Below are positions 36,857-46,177 of a stretch of 64,000 bases of DNA, in pieces (the first letter of the stretch is position 1; every line of letters begins with the position of its first letter). Position numbers and translations under genes: made by a program. The notes beneath the pieces were generated by a model. That model made no database searches and had not been told where the DNA came from. It saw only the letters and a program-made list of their open reading frames with translations. This stretch comes from Alistipes sp. (lineage in GTDB: Bacteria; Bacteroidota; Bacteroidia; Bacteroidales; Rikenellaceae): NCBI GenBank assembly GCA_017631055.1, contig JAGBTZ010000043.1, positions 2,895 to 66,894 of the forward strand, in the 5' to 3' direction.

Positions 36857-37279
36857 ATGAATACCCGAATAACAAAACTCGTAGCACTATTATTGGCGAC
36901 CTCGGCCATTGCCTGCTGTCCTTGTCGTTTCAGTCGCAAGAATGCCAAGCCATTGGTTGGCACCGAGTGGCATCTGGTGCAGTTGAGAGGTCAAGATATC
37001 GCCTTCTCTTCGGATAAGTTTACACTGCAATTTGCGGAGGATGGCTCACTTGCGGGCATCGGTGCTTGTAATCGCTTCACTGCGCCCTACTCTGTGACCG
37101 AAAAGCGAGGCATAGAGATTGGCACCATCGCCTCGACACGCAGACTCTGCCCCGATATTGAGGCCGAGCAGACTCTGTTCAAGGAGTTGGATGATGCGAC
37201 ATTTTACGAGATTGACGGGCCGATGCTCCTACTGCTCAACGATGGCGAAATCCGCGCCATATTCCAATCCCGGGAGTAA
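36857..37279 (+). CDS. META domain (HslJ-like) lipoprotein
   Basis: Lipobox AIAC; LVGTEWHLVQL, G.GACNRF, IASTRRLC. Confidence 0.85.
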   Translation: MNTRITKLVALLLATSAIACCPCRFSRKNAKPLVGTEWHLVQLRGQDIAFSSDKFTLQFAEDGSLAGIGACNRFTAPYSVTEKRGIEIGTIASTRRLCPDIEAEQTLFKELDDATFYEIDGPMLLLLNDGEIRAIFQSRE

Positions 37280-37300
37280 GTAGACTTAGGTGTGAAATAC

Positions 37301-37339
37301 AAAAATATGGTGGCTAAAGTTTTAGCCACCATATTTTTT
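37301..37339. terminator. Bidirectional terminator
   Basis: aaaaatatggtggctaaa-gt-tttagccaccatatttttt between convergent genes. Confidence 0.85.
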
Positions 37340-37343
37340 GTTG

Positions 37344-37463
37344 GAAGTTGTATAACAAGTGCTAATTTTAGGCTTGCGTAGCCCGAAAAAGCGTAGTTTA
37401 CTTGGCGTAAATGAGCATTTTGAGGGCAAGCGTAACGACAAAGTAGCCTTGTTAGACGGCTTC
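37344..37463. repeat. ~120-bp imperfect palindrome, ERIC/MITE-like element
   Basis: Ends gaagttgtataacaagtgcta / tagccttgttagacggcttc are complementary; inner ttgcgtagccc / gggcaagcgtaa and gtttac / gtaaat pair. Confidence 0.6.
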
Positions 37464-37485
37464 TTTTTTATTGGTAATCCAACTA

Positions 37486-38901
37486 CTACTTCATCGCATG
37501 GCGATAACCATCAATCTTATCCCACTCACCACGGGTAAAGTCGGGGAAAACCACCGGCATCGAGCCATTCTCGATTGAGGCAGCAGAGAGCTCGCCAATG
37601 CACGACCACTCGGCAGCATCATAGACATCCTGATCGAGTGGCAGACCATTCTGCAAGCAGTATATCAATCGCGAATCCATAATAAAGTCCATACCTCCGT
37701 GGCCGCCAACCTTCTTGGCACGCTCCATGAGTTCAATCTGGATTGGGTGGCGATACTTCTCGAGCAGGGCATCGCGCACATCATCAGGCACAAATTTGTG
37801 CGAGTCGAGGTTTTCGTGGTCGGGATTTCCGCTCACAGCCGCAGCCTCGGCAAAGAGGAAGCCCTGCACGGGATACTTATTGGCAAAACCCTTGGTACCG
37901 GTCAATTGATAGAGTCGGTTGTAGGGGCGCGGGGTGCAGACATTGTGCTGCAACGAGATAGTCTTGCCATTCTCGGTAGCAATCAATGTGCAGGTGTGGT
38001 CACCATTGGCAAACGTCTCGGCACCGAAGCTCTCCTTGGCAAGCGCAAGACCACACACCGACTTGGTGTCCATCGACACCAGACGGGTCATTCGGTCGCC
38101 ACGGTGGATGTTGAGCAACTGAGAGATGGGGCCAAGGCCGTGCGTTGCGTAAACATCTCCACGATGAGCCTGATTGTACTTCAGACGCCAGTTGCCCTGA
38201 TACTCGTGCCAGAACTTATCGAGGTTGTGGATATAGGCTCCCTCAACATGCAGCACCTCTCCGAAAAGACCCTGCTGTGCCATATTGAGAGTGGTGAGTT
38301 CGAAGTGGTCGTAGATGCAGTTTTCGAGCATCATACAGTGGCGACGAGTACGCTCCGAGGTGTCGACCAACTGCCAGCACTCGGCAACACTCATGGCAGC
38401 CGGAACCTCAACGGCAACGTGCTTGCCACACTCCATAGCGTAGACCGCCATCGGAGTATGCAACGCCCAGGGGGTAACCAGATAGACAAGGTCAATATCC
38501 TCTCTCTGGCACAACTCCTTCCAGCCCTCTTCGCCTGTGTAGGTTGCATCCTCGGCGATGCGGGCATGACCCAGCGACTCGAGGAGCTGCTGGCTGCTCT
38601 CGACATTCTCGGGCAGCAGATCGCAGAGTGCTGTAATCTGTGCTCCCTTGATATTGACAAAGCGCTTAAGTGCTCCGGGGCCACGCATACCAAGTCCCAC
38701 AAAGCCGACACGCACAACCGGAATGGGCTCTGCCGCAAAACCTACCATAGAGTGCTGACCCTCGGCACGGGCGGGCTCATCGAACACAATCTGGTTGTCG
38801 ACAATTTTATAGGGCTTGCCGTCATTGCAGCAGCAACCCGACAACAAAACTGCACCTACGAGTGCAAACAGAGTTGTGATACTCAACAATTTTAGTTTCA
38901 T
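37486..38901 (-). CDS. Gfo/Idh/MocA family, GH109-like NAD+-dependent alpha-N-acetylgalactosaminidase lipoprotein
   Basis: Lipobox LSGC; VGLGMRG, EVPAA, MMLENCIYD, YATHGLGP, GGHGGMD. Confidence 0.85.
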   Translation of the reverse strand: MKLKLLSITTLFALVGAVLLSGCCCNDGKPYKIVDNQIVFDEPARAEGQHSMVGFAAEPIPVVRVGFVGLGMRGPGALKRFVNIKGAQITALCDLLPENVESSQQLLESLGHARIAEDATYTGEEGWKELCQREDIDLVYLVTPWALHTPMAVYAMECGKHVAVEVPAAMSVAECWQLVDTSERTRRHCMMLENCIYDHFELTTLNMAQQGLFGEVLHVEGAYIHNLDKFWHEYQGNWRLKYNQAHRGDVYATHGLGPISQLLNIHRGDRMTRLVSMDTKSVCGLALAKESFGAETFANGDHTCTLIATENGKTISLQHNVCTPRPYNRLYQLTGTKGFANKYPVQGFLFAEAAAVSGNPDHENLDSHKFVPDDVRDALLEKYRHPIQIELMERAKKVGGHGGMDFIMDSRLIYCLQNGLPLDQDVYDAAEWSCIGELSAASIENGSMPVVFPDFTRGEWDKIDGYRHAMK

Positions 38902-39078
38902 ACGTTTCAAGGTTGTTTATAGTTTTATGCAAAGGTATTAAATTTTGTCTGAAATGGGTTATTTTTAGGTAGATTGTTAATAAATTATCGAAAAAGAGTG
39001 GGCCTTCGATGGATAGCGATTGAGTATTAGCACTAAATTTGCCTTCAGAAAAAGCAAATCCTCAAAAAGTGTAAAATT

Positions 39079-39384
39079 ATGTCAGAGATGAAACAGGTCG
39101 GCATAGACCTCGAACTTGACGAGGTGACCGCACAAGGCCACTACTCTAATTTGGCGATTATTTCACATTCGGCCACGGAGTTTGTCGTGGATTTTGCAGC
39201 GATGTTGCCCGGTGTCCCCAAGGCAAAGGTCAAGAGTCGCATAATCCTCACCCCCGAGCACGCAAAACGACTCCTTATGTCGTTGCAGGATAATATCACC
39301 CGCTACGAGAGCAGTATGGGTCAAATCAAGTTCCGCCAACCGGAGCTTCAGGCCAATGGTTTCAATAAGATAGGCGAAGCATAA
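39079..39384 (+). CDS. DUF3467 domain protein
   Basis: AQGHYSNLAIISHS.TEFVVDF..PG.PKAKVKSRIILTPEHAKRLL. Confidence 0.88.
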   Translation: MSEMKQVGIDLELDEVTAQGHYSNLAIISHSATEFVVDFAAMLPGVPKAKVKSRIILTPEHAKRLLMSLQDNITRYESSMGQIKFRQPELQANGFNKIGEA

Positions 39385-39409
39385 TCCTACAATGCTTCTT
39401 GAACAAGTA

Positions 39410-39445
39410 GAGGGCCGGCTAAATTTCTTAGCCGGCCCTCATTTT
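39410..39445. terminator. Terminator between convergent genes
   Basis: gagggccggctaa-atttc-ttagccggccctc. Confidence 0.78.
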
Positions 39446-39462
39446 ATTCACTCTCCTACTCG

Positions 39463-41472
39463 CTATTTCAGAGTCATCTCGTCAAACAGATACGATGCGC
39501 CACCAATGCGGTCGATTACAAATAGCACATAACGTATGTCGACCGAGATATTACGGCAAATCGTGGGGTCGAACTCCACATCACTCATTGTCGAACGCCA
39601 AGTGCGGTCGAAGTTGATGCCGATAAGTTCGCCTCGGCCGTTGATGATTGGCGAGCCCGAGTTACCACCCGTAGTGTGGTTGGTAGCAAGGAAGCAGACC
39701 GGAACGCTCTTGCGACCATCAATCATCACTCCGTGACGACCATAATCCTTGCTCTGGTAGATGTCGCGCAGGCGTTGCGGCACATTGTAGTCGTAAATCT
39801 CGGGGTTATCCTTGGCAATGATGCCGTCAATGGTTGTCTGCGGAACATGCCACTCTCCATCGGCATACTCATAGCCCGCCACCGAGCCGTATGCCACACG
39901 CAGTGTGAGGTTGGCATCGGGGTAGAAACTACGCTTGCCGTCCCACTCCATCAGCGCCTTCAGATAGGGACGATACCAGCGTTGAATTTCGGCCAGATTG
40001 CTCAGATTGCGCACTCGGTACTGAGAGGGATACTCCTTGCGCACAATGGCATAAAACTCTGCTGCAGGGTCGCTCTTGTCGCACTGCGCAGCGGTAGCCG
40101 CCTCGCGGCAGAGGGAGTTGTTGTAGATGTGGTCGATATAGGCATCGGTCGAGCCAAATTGGGCAACCTTAACCTCCAAAGCCTCGGGGAGCTTACCCTC
40201 GGGCATAAGTCTTACGAACTCCGCAAGCATAGCCTTCGCCAGCGCGCGGTCGACCTCCAGGTTGAAATCTTTGTGAAGTTGCACCACGCTCTTGCCCGCA
40301 GCCGCCATAGCCGCCATTTTGGGCAACTCGAGAGTCATCACAGTTTCGGCATAGAGTTCACCTATATAATAAGGTCCGCGATTGCGGTTATAGGCAGCCT
40401 TCATCGAGTCGAGCAGATGGCAGTACTCGGGTCGCGAAGCAGCCCAAGAGGCAAACTCCTGCTCGTAGCGAAGCTTCTTTTCGAGCGTGCCGAGTCGCTT
40501 GATACCCAACACCTCGCCTTGCCACTTCTTCCACGCATTGGCTATCGAGGCGTGCTTGGCAGCATACTGGATACGAATCTTGGGGTCGCTCTCCTGTGCC
40601 TTGGTGATAATGTCAAGGCGCTTGGTGCGCAGGGCAATCTTCATCGGGTCGGAGATGTTGTAGATGTAGTCCACGGCATCCGAAATCACATACTCCTGGG
40701 TGTTGCCCGGGAAGCCGTAAATCATCGTAAAGTCACCCTCCTTGACACCCTTGGTCGAGATGGGGAAGTGGCGTTTGGGGCGGTAGGGCTTATTTTGTGG
40801 CGAGTAGTCGGCAGGCTCATTGTCGGCTCCGGCATAGATGCGGAATACCGAGAAGTCGCCCGTGTGGCGAGGCCAAATCCAGTTGTCGGTATCGCCACCG
40901 AACTTACCGATTGCCGAGGGAGGCGTGCCGACAAGGCGCACATCCGTAAAGCGGCGATAGACAAAGAGGAACTTCTGATTGCCGTAGTACATATTCTCGA
41001 TTTGGGCATAGAAGCCCTTGCCCTCCTTGCATGCCGCAGCGATAATCTCCTTCTCGCTTTGGCCGGTGGCTATGCGGTCGGTAACATCCTCCATTCGCAC
41101 CAAGAACGACACCTCCAAACCCTCACACGGCAACTCGCCCTGGCGCGACTGCGCCCAAAATCCGTATGTCAGATAGTCGTGTTCGAGGGAGGAGAGTGCC
41201 TGAATGGCACCGTAACCGCAGTGGTGGTTGGTCAGCAGCAAGCCCTCGGGCGAGATAAGTTCACCCGTACAACCACGACCAAAGAGCACCACAGCATCCT
41301 TGAGCGAAGCTCGGTTGATATCATAGATATCCTTCTCGGTCAGGCGGAAACCTTTGGAGCGCATATCCTTGATGCGTGACGATATAAGGCTCGGGAGCCA
41401 CATTCCCTCATCGGCCGAAGCCGTGAAGATAAAACTGCACAGAAGCAGTGTCAAAAGCACTTTGCGTTTCAT
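39463..41472 (-). CDS. S46 family dipeptidyl peptidase
   Basis: ADEGMW, TNHHCG, GGDTDNW.WPRHTGDF, YPDANLTLR, TGGNSGSP, NFDR. Confidence 0.93.
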   Translation of the reverse strand: MKRKVLLTLLLCSFIFTASADEGMWLPSLISSRIKDMRSKGFRLTEKDIYDINRASLKDAVVLFGRGCTGELISPEGLLLTNHHCGYGAIQALSSLEHDYLTYGFWAQSRQGELPCEGLEVSFLVRMEDVTDRIATGQSEKEIIAAACKEGKGFYAQIENMYYGNQKFLFVYRRFTDVRLVGTPPSAIGKFGGDTDNWIWPRHTGDFSVFRIYAGADNEPADYSPQNKPYRPKRHFPISTKGVKEGDFTMIYGFPGNTQEYVISDAVDYIYNISDPMKIALRTKRLDIITKAQESDPKIRIQYAAKHASIANAWKKWQGEVLGIKRLGTLEKKLRYEQEFASWAASRPEYCHLLDSMKAAYNRNRGPYYIGELYAETVMTLELPKMAAMAAAGKSVVQLHKDFNLEVDRALAKAMLAEFVRLMPEGKLPEALEVKVAQFGSTDAYIDHIYNNSLCREAATAAQCDKSDPAAEFYAIVRKEYPSQYRVRNLSNLAEIQRWYRPYLKALMEWDGKRSFYPDANLTLRVAYGSVAGYEYADGEWHVPQTTIDGIIAKDNPEIYDYNVPQRLRDIYQSKDYGRHGVMIDGRKSVPVCFLATNHTTGGNSGSPIINGRGELIGINFDRTWRSTMSDVEFDPTICRNISVDIRYVLFVIDRIGGASYLFDEMTLK

Positions 41473-41511
41473 TATTGTTCTCGTTAGTTTGTTCTAACAC
41501 AAAGGTAGTGA

Positions 41512-41543
41512 AATTCACAATTCGCAATCCACAATTCGCAATT
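41512..41543. repeat. Heptamer tandem repeat AAT[TC]C[AG]C in a divergent promoter
   Basis: aattcac aattcgc aatccac aattcgc aatt. Confidence 0.7.
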
Positions 41544-41581
41544 ATTTTCCATTTTTTAGTTCGTTTTACTATCTTTGTTGT

Positions 41582-42358
41582 ATGGAACTGACATTTTTGG
41601 GTACAGGAACTTCGCAAGGTGTGCCGGTGATAGGTTGCCGATGCGAGGTGTGTCGCTCGGAGGATGAGCGCGATAGGCGACTGCGCACCTCGGCAATGGT
41701 CGAGGTTGAGGGGGTGCGTATCGTTATCGATGCCGGTCCCGACTTCCGCCAGCAGATGTTGCGCGAAGGGGTCAGGCGGATAGATGCCATACTGCTCACA
41801 CACGGACACACCGACCACGTTGCGGGGTTAGACGATGTGCGAGCCTTCAACTTTGTCGACTACCCCGAAATCCACAGAGTAGATATCTTCGCTGCCCCCT
41901 ACACTACGCAGACCGTGCTGAAGGTCTACGACTACGCCTTTGCCGAGAACAAGTATCGCGGAGTCCCCGAGATTGACCTCCACACGATAGATTTGAGCCG
42001 CCCGTTCGAGGTTGGCGGGGTCGAAATTCTCCCGATTGCGGGCCGCCACTCACGATTTGATGTTACGGGCTATCGCATCGGCAAGCTCGGCTATCTGACC
42101 GATTTCAAGGAGATTGCCGAGTCGGAGGTCGAGAAGTTGAAGGGGGTCGAAGTTTTGGTGGTAAACGCCTTGCGTTTTGAGCCCCACGACTCGCACTTTT
42201 GCGTTGCAGAGGCACTCGGGCTTATCGAGAAGATTGCCCCTCGCAGAGCATATCTGACCCACATGTCGCACGAAATAGGACTCTACGACAAGGCTTCGAG
42301 CCGACTGCCCGAGGGGGTCGAGTTTGCCTATGACGGATTGAAAATTCACATTGAATAA
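41582..42358 (+). CDS. MBL-fold metallo-hydrolase (PhnP-like)
   Basis: LGTGTSQGVP.IGC.C.VC, IDAGPDFRQQ, THGHTDH..GLDD, THMSH. Confidence 0.9.
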   Translation: MELTFLGTGTSQGVPVIGCRCEVCRSEDERDRRLRTSAMVEVEGVRIVIDAGPDFRQQMLREGVRRIDAILLTHGHTDHVAGLDDVRAFNFVDYPEIHRVDIFAAPYTTQTVLKVYDYAFAENKYRGVPEIDLHTIDLSRPFEVGGVEILPIAGRHSRFDVTGYRIGKLGYLTDFKEIAESEVEKLKGVEVLVVNALRFEPHDSHFCVAEALGLIEKIAPRRAYLTHMSHEIGLYDKASSRLPEGVEFAYDGLKIHIE

Positions 42359-42364
42359 TTGGTT

Positions 42365-43180
42365 ATGAAAACTCTCAAAGATAAGGTCGTAATCATCACC
42401 GGAGCATCGTCAGGCATTGGCGAAGCGATGGCAAAATGTTATGCCGAGGCGGGTGCAAAGGTTGTACTCGGAGCCCGCAGCGAGGAGAAACTCAAGGCTC
42501 TGACCGAGGCAATTTGCGCCAAGGGCGGCCAGGCTGCATACTGCGCAGTGGATGTCGTCAACGAGCAAGAGTGCAAAGCACTTATAGAGAAGGCCGTTGA
42601 AGCATTCGGCAGAATTGATATCCTGATTTGCAATGCAGGAATCTCGATGAGAGCAATTTTTGACGATGTCGATTTAGGTGTATTGCACCGCCTGATGGAT
42701 GTCAATTTTTGGGGCACGGTCAACTGTTCAAAGTATGCGCTACCCTATCTGCAAGCATCGAGGGGCTCGCTTGTCGGCATCTCATCGGTGGCAGGAGTGC
42801 ACGGATTGCCCGGGCGCACCGGCTACTCGGCATCGAAGTATGCGATGACCGGATTTCTCGAGACCGTGCGCATCGAAAACCTCAAGAAGGGTCTGCACGT
42901 CATGGTTGCCTGCCCGGGATTTACCGCCTCGAATGTTCGTTTCTCGGCTTTGGTAGCCGATGGCTCACAGCAGGGCACAACCCCGCGCGAGGAGTCGAAG
43001 ATGATGACTCCCGAGCAGGTTGCCCTCATTGTTGCCAAGGGTATTCGCAAGCGTAAGCGATTGTGTCTTATGGAGATTGAGGGCAGAGCCACCCATTTCG
43101 TCAAGAAGTTCGCTCCGGCACTCCTCGACCGCATCTTCTATTGGGTGATGGCCAAAGAGCCCGACAGCCCATTCAAATAA
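42365..43180 (+). CDS. SDR family oxidoreductase
   Basis: TGASSGIG, NAGIS, SSVAG, YSASK. Confidence 0.92.
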   Translation: MKTLKDKVVIITGASSGIGEAMAKCYAEAGAKVVLGARSEEKLKALTEAICAKGGQAAYCAVDVVNEQECKALIEKAVEAFGRIDILICNAGISMRAIFDDVDLGVLHRLMDVNFWGTVNCSKYALPYLQASRGSLVGISSVAGVHGLPGRTGYSASKYAMTGFLETVRIENLKKGLHVMVACPGFTASNVRFSALVADGSQQGTTPREESKMMTPEQVALIVAKGIRKRKRLCLMEIEGRATHFVKKFAPALLDRIFYWVMAKEPDSPFK

Positions 43181-43245
43181 TCGGTCAAAAATGCTCGCTG
43201 TTAGCGAAAAAAGATTAAATTTGCACCATATCAGAAATTAGGTTA

Positions 43246-44805
43246 ATGAATTCTCGCAGGTTGATAGCCGTTCTCTCTTCAGTTTTGCTACTCTCGTTGG
43301 GGTGGCTGGGCTTTAGTGGCTTCACTTCGCTGGCGGGACTTGCTCCTCTGCTGTGGCTTAGCGACTCTTACGGCGATACGCGCCGCGATTGGTGGAGGCT
43401 CTTCGGCTGGTCGCTGCTGACATTCGTGCTATGGAACGTGGCTACGGTTTGGTGGATATGGAACGCTACGCCTGTTGGCCCCATTGCCGCCACGGTGGTT
43501 TCGACCACGCTCAATATGCTCGCCTTTATGCTCTACCACACGGTGTCGAAAAAGGCTCCCCGAGCATTGGCCTACACACTGCTTGTTGCGGGATGGATTA
43601 CAACCGAATTTTGGTACACCTGGGGCGAGATTTCATTCCCCTGGCTCATCCTCGGCAATGGGTTTTCCGAATCGCCGTGGGCAGTGCAGTGGTATGAATA
43701 TACGGGCGTGTTCGGAGGCTCGTTGTGGGTACTGCTGACCAACATCCTCCTCTACGAAACCTTCAAGAAGCGTAGTCGCAAATATGGCATAGCAACCGTA
43801 GTTATGGCGGTTGTGCCGGTAGCGATTTCGCTCTGCATCTATGCGACCTATACTCCTTCGGAGCGCACGGCAAAGATTGCGGTGGTGCAACCCAATGTCG
43901 ATTGTTACGATAAGTTCCACAGCAGTTCGGAGTGGCAGGAGCGCAATATGCTCGAATTATTGAACGAAGTGCCTGAGGGGGTCGATTTTATCGCTCTGCC
44001 CGAGACAACCCTGCCCGACTACATCTACGAGCCCGGCGTTGAGCAGACCGAGATTATCGACACAATTGCCGGAGTGCTGCAAGCCAAGAATCCCGAGGCT
44101 GTAGTCATCACCGGAGCGAGCACCTGGCTCGACTATCGTGCCGGAATGCAGAGCCGCACGGCCCGCAAACGTGGCAACGAATACTACGATATCTTCAATT
44201 CGGCACTCGAAATCACACCCAAAGGCGAGGTCGACATCTACCACAAGTCACGTTTGGTTATAGGTGTCGAGAAGATGCCTCTGCCGTGGCTCTTCAAGAT
44301 GCTCGAATTCTTGGTTATCGACCTTGGTGGTACGGTTGGCCAGTTGGGTGTCGGAGTAGAGCCTAAGGTCTTCGATAATGGCGACAAGCGGGTTGGCCCT
44401 GCAATCTGCTACGAGGCTGTCTATGGCGACTTCTATGGTGGCTTTGCCCGCAAGGGAGCCGAGGCTATGGCAGTCATATCGAATGATGGCTGGTGGGGCA
44501 ACACCCCGGGACATAAACGACTCTTCGCCTTCTGCCGACTGCGAGCAATCGAGCATCGCCGAGCCATTGCCCGTAGCGCCAATACGGGCGTGTCGGGATT
44601 TATCTCGGAGCGAGGTGATGATGGCGAGCGCCTCGAGTGGGAGGAGCGCGGAGTGCTGACCGCAGATGTAACTCTGAACAATAAAACGACACTCTACACC
44701 CGCTATGGCGATTACATCGGTCGCCTGGCACGATATGTGGCGATGTTGTGCGTACTATACTTCGTAGCCTACCGCGTTCGCCGCAAAAACTATCTTGTAA
44801 AATAA
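43246..44805 (+). CDS. lnt: Apolipoprotein N-acyltransferase
   Basis: TM N-terminus, FPW..LG, VQPN, nitrilase-fold triad PET / YHKSRLV / ICYE, NDGWW, RSANTGVS. Confidence 0.9.
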   Translation: MNSRRLIAVLSSVLLLSLGWLGFSGFTSLAGLAPLLWLSDSYGDTRRDWWRLFGWSLLTFVLWNVATVWWIWNATPVGPIAATVVSTTLNMLAFMLYHTVSKKAPRALAYTLLVAGWITTEFWYTWGEISFPWLILGNGFSESPWAVQWYEYTGVFGGSLWVLLTNILLYETFKKRSRKYGIATVVMAVVPVAISLCIYATYTPSERTAKIAVVQPNVDCYDKFHSSSEWQERNMLELLNEVPEGVDFIALPETTLPDYIYEPGVEQTEIIDTIAGVLQAKNPEAVVITGASTWLDYRAGMQSRTARKRGNEYYDIFNSALEITPKGEVDIYHKSRLVIGVEKMPLPWLFKMLEFLVIDLGGTVGQLGVGVEPKVFDNGDKRVGPAICYEAVYGDFYGGFARKGAEAMAVISNDGWWGNTPGHKRLFAFCRLRAIEHRRAIARSANTGVSGFISERGDDGERLEWEERGVLTADVTLNNKTTLYTRYGDYIGRLARYVAMLCVLYFVAYRVRRKNYLVK

Positions 44806-44817
44806 AACCCTCACGAT

Positions 44818-46107
44818 ATGAATTACACCCAAACCCTCGAGTTTCTCTTCTCGTCAATGCCCACATTCCAGGAGAAGGGCGCAACCGCCTACAAGCCCGG
44901 ATTGGAGCGTGTGACGGCATTCTGTCGCCATCTGGGCAATCCGCAACGCAACTACTTTACGATTCACGTTGCCGGCACCAACGGCAAGGGCTCGGTATCG
45001 CACATGCTCGCCTCGATACTCCAGCAGGCGGGCTACCGCACAGGATTGTTCACATCGCCCCACCTGAGCGACTTCAGGGAGCGCATCAAGGTCGATGGCG
45101 AGATGATTTCGAAGCAGAAGGTGGTAAACTTTGTCGACAAGCACCACGACAAGATGGTCGAACTCGACCTCTCGTTCTTCGAGATGACGGCAGCGTTGGC
45201 CTTCGACTACTTTGCACAAAGCGACTGCGAGGTTGTGGTTGTCGAGACCGGTTTGGGTGGTCGTTTGGATGCTACGAACATTATTCTGCCGGCGGTGAGT
45301 GTGGTGACCAACGTAGGCTTGGAGCACACCGACCTGCTGGGCGACACACTGCCAAAAATTGCTGCCGAGAAGGCCGGCATCATCAAGAAGAGCATTCCGC
45401 TCGTGCTCGGAGAGGCCAACGATGAGTATAACTCCGTATTCGAGGAGGTGGCCTCAGCCAACAAGTCGAGAGTAATTTATGCCGAGCAGACCTTCCGCAT
45501 CGAGAATCATAGCCACGATGGCGATAAGCAGTGCATCGAGGTTGCTCGTGTGCGTGACGGATACAAATATAGCTTCACGCTCGACCTGGATGGCGACTAT
45601 CAGCAGCACAACGTGCTGACCGCATGCACCGTTGCCGACTATCTGCACGAGGAGACTCCGCTGACAATCAGCCGCCGTGCCTTCATTACGGGTGTCAATA
45701 ACGTGGCCGGCGACACCTCGCTTCGGGGTCGTTGGCAGACACTCCAGACCGAGCCGCACATTATCTGCGACACCGGTCACAATGCTCATGGTTTGCACTA
45801 CGTTACCGAGCAGTTGAAGGGTTTGAAGTGCGATAAATTATATTGTGTACTCGGCTTTGTGAAGGATAAGGATATAGAGGCAATCCTGCCGCTCTTCCCC
45901 ACCGATGCCCACTACATCTTCACACAGGCCGGCATCGAGCGAGCCCTGGATGCCGAAACACTCGCATCGAAGGCCGCAGAGCACGGGCTTCACGGAGAGG
46001 TTGTCAGCGAGGTGGCGAAGGCTCTCGCCCGCGCCAAAGAGCTCGCCACGGCAAACGATGTAATCTTCGTTGGAGGCAGCACCTTCGTAGTTGCAGAGGT
46101 ACTCTAA
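44818..46107 (+). CDS. folC: Folylpolyglutamate synthase/dihydrofolate synthase
   Basis: HVAGTNGKGS, TSPHL, ETGLGGRLDATN, EKAGIIK, GRWQ, DTGHN. Confidence 0.95.
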   Translation: MNYTQTLEFLFSSMPTFQEKGATAYKPGLERVTAFCRHLGNPQRNYFTIHVAGTNGKGSVSHMLASILQQAGYRTGLFTSPHLSDFRERIKVDGEMISKQKVVNFVDKHHDKMVELDLSFFEMTAALAFDYFAQSDCEVVVVETGLGGRLDATNIILPAVSVVTNVGLEHTDLLGDTLPKIAAEKAGIIKKSIPLVLGEANDEYNSVFEEVASANKSRVIYAEQTFRIENHSHDGDKQCIEVARVRDGYKYSFTLDLDGDYQQHNVLTACTVADYLHEETPLTISRRAFITGVNNVAGDTSLRGRWQTLQTEPHIICDTGHNAHGLHYVTEQLKGLKCDKLYCVLGFVKDKDIEAILPLFPTDAHYIFTQAGIERALDAETLASKAAEHGLHGEVVSEVAKALARAKELATANDVIFVGGSTFVVAEVL

Positions 46108-46123
46108 TCAAGGTATATATCAA

Positions 46124-46165
46124 AACAGAGCCGTCACAACCTTTGGATGTGACGGCTCTGTTGTT
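46124..46165. terminator. Bidirectional terminator
   Basis: aacagagccgtcaca-acctttgga-tgtgacggctctgtt. Confidence 0.8.
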
Positions 46166-46177
46166 GTATCCAATAGA

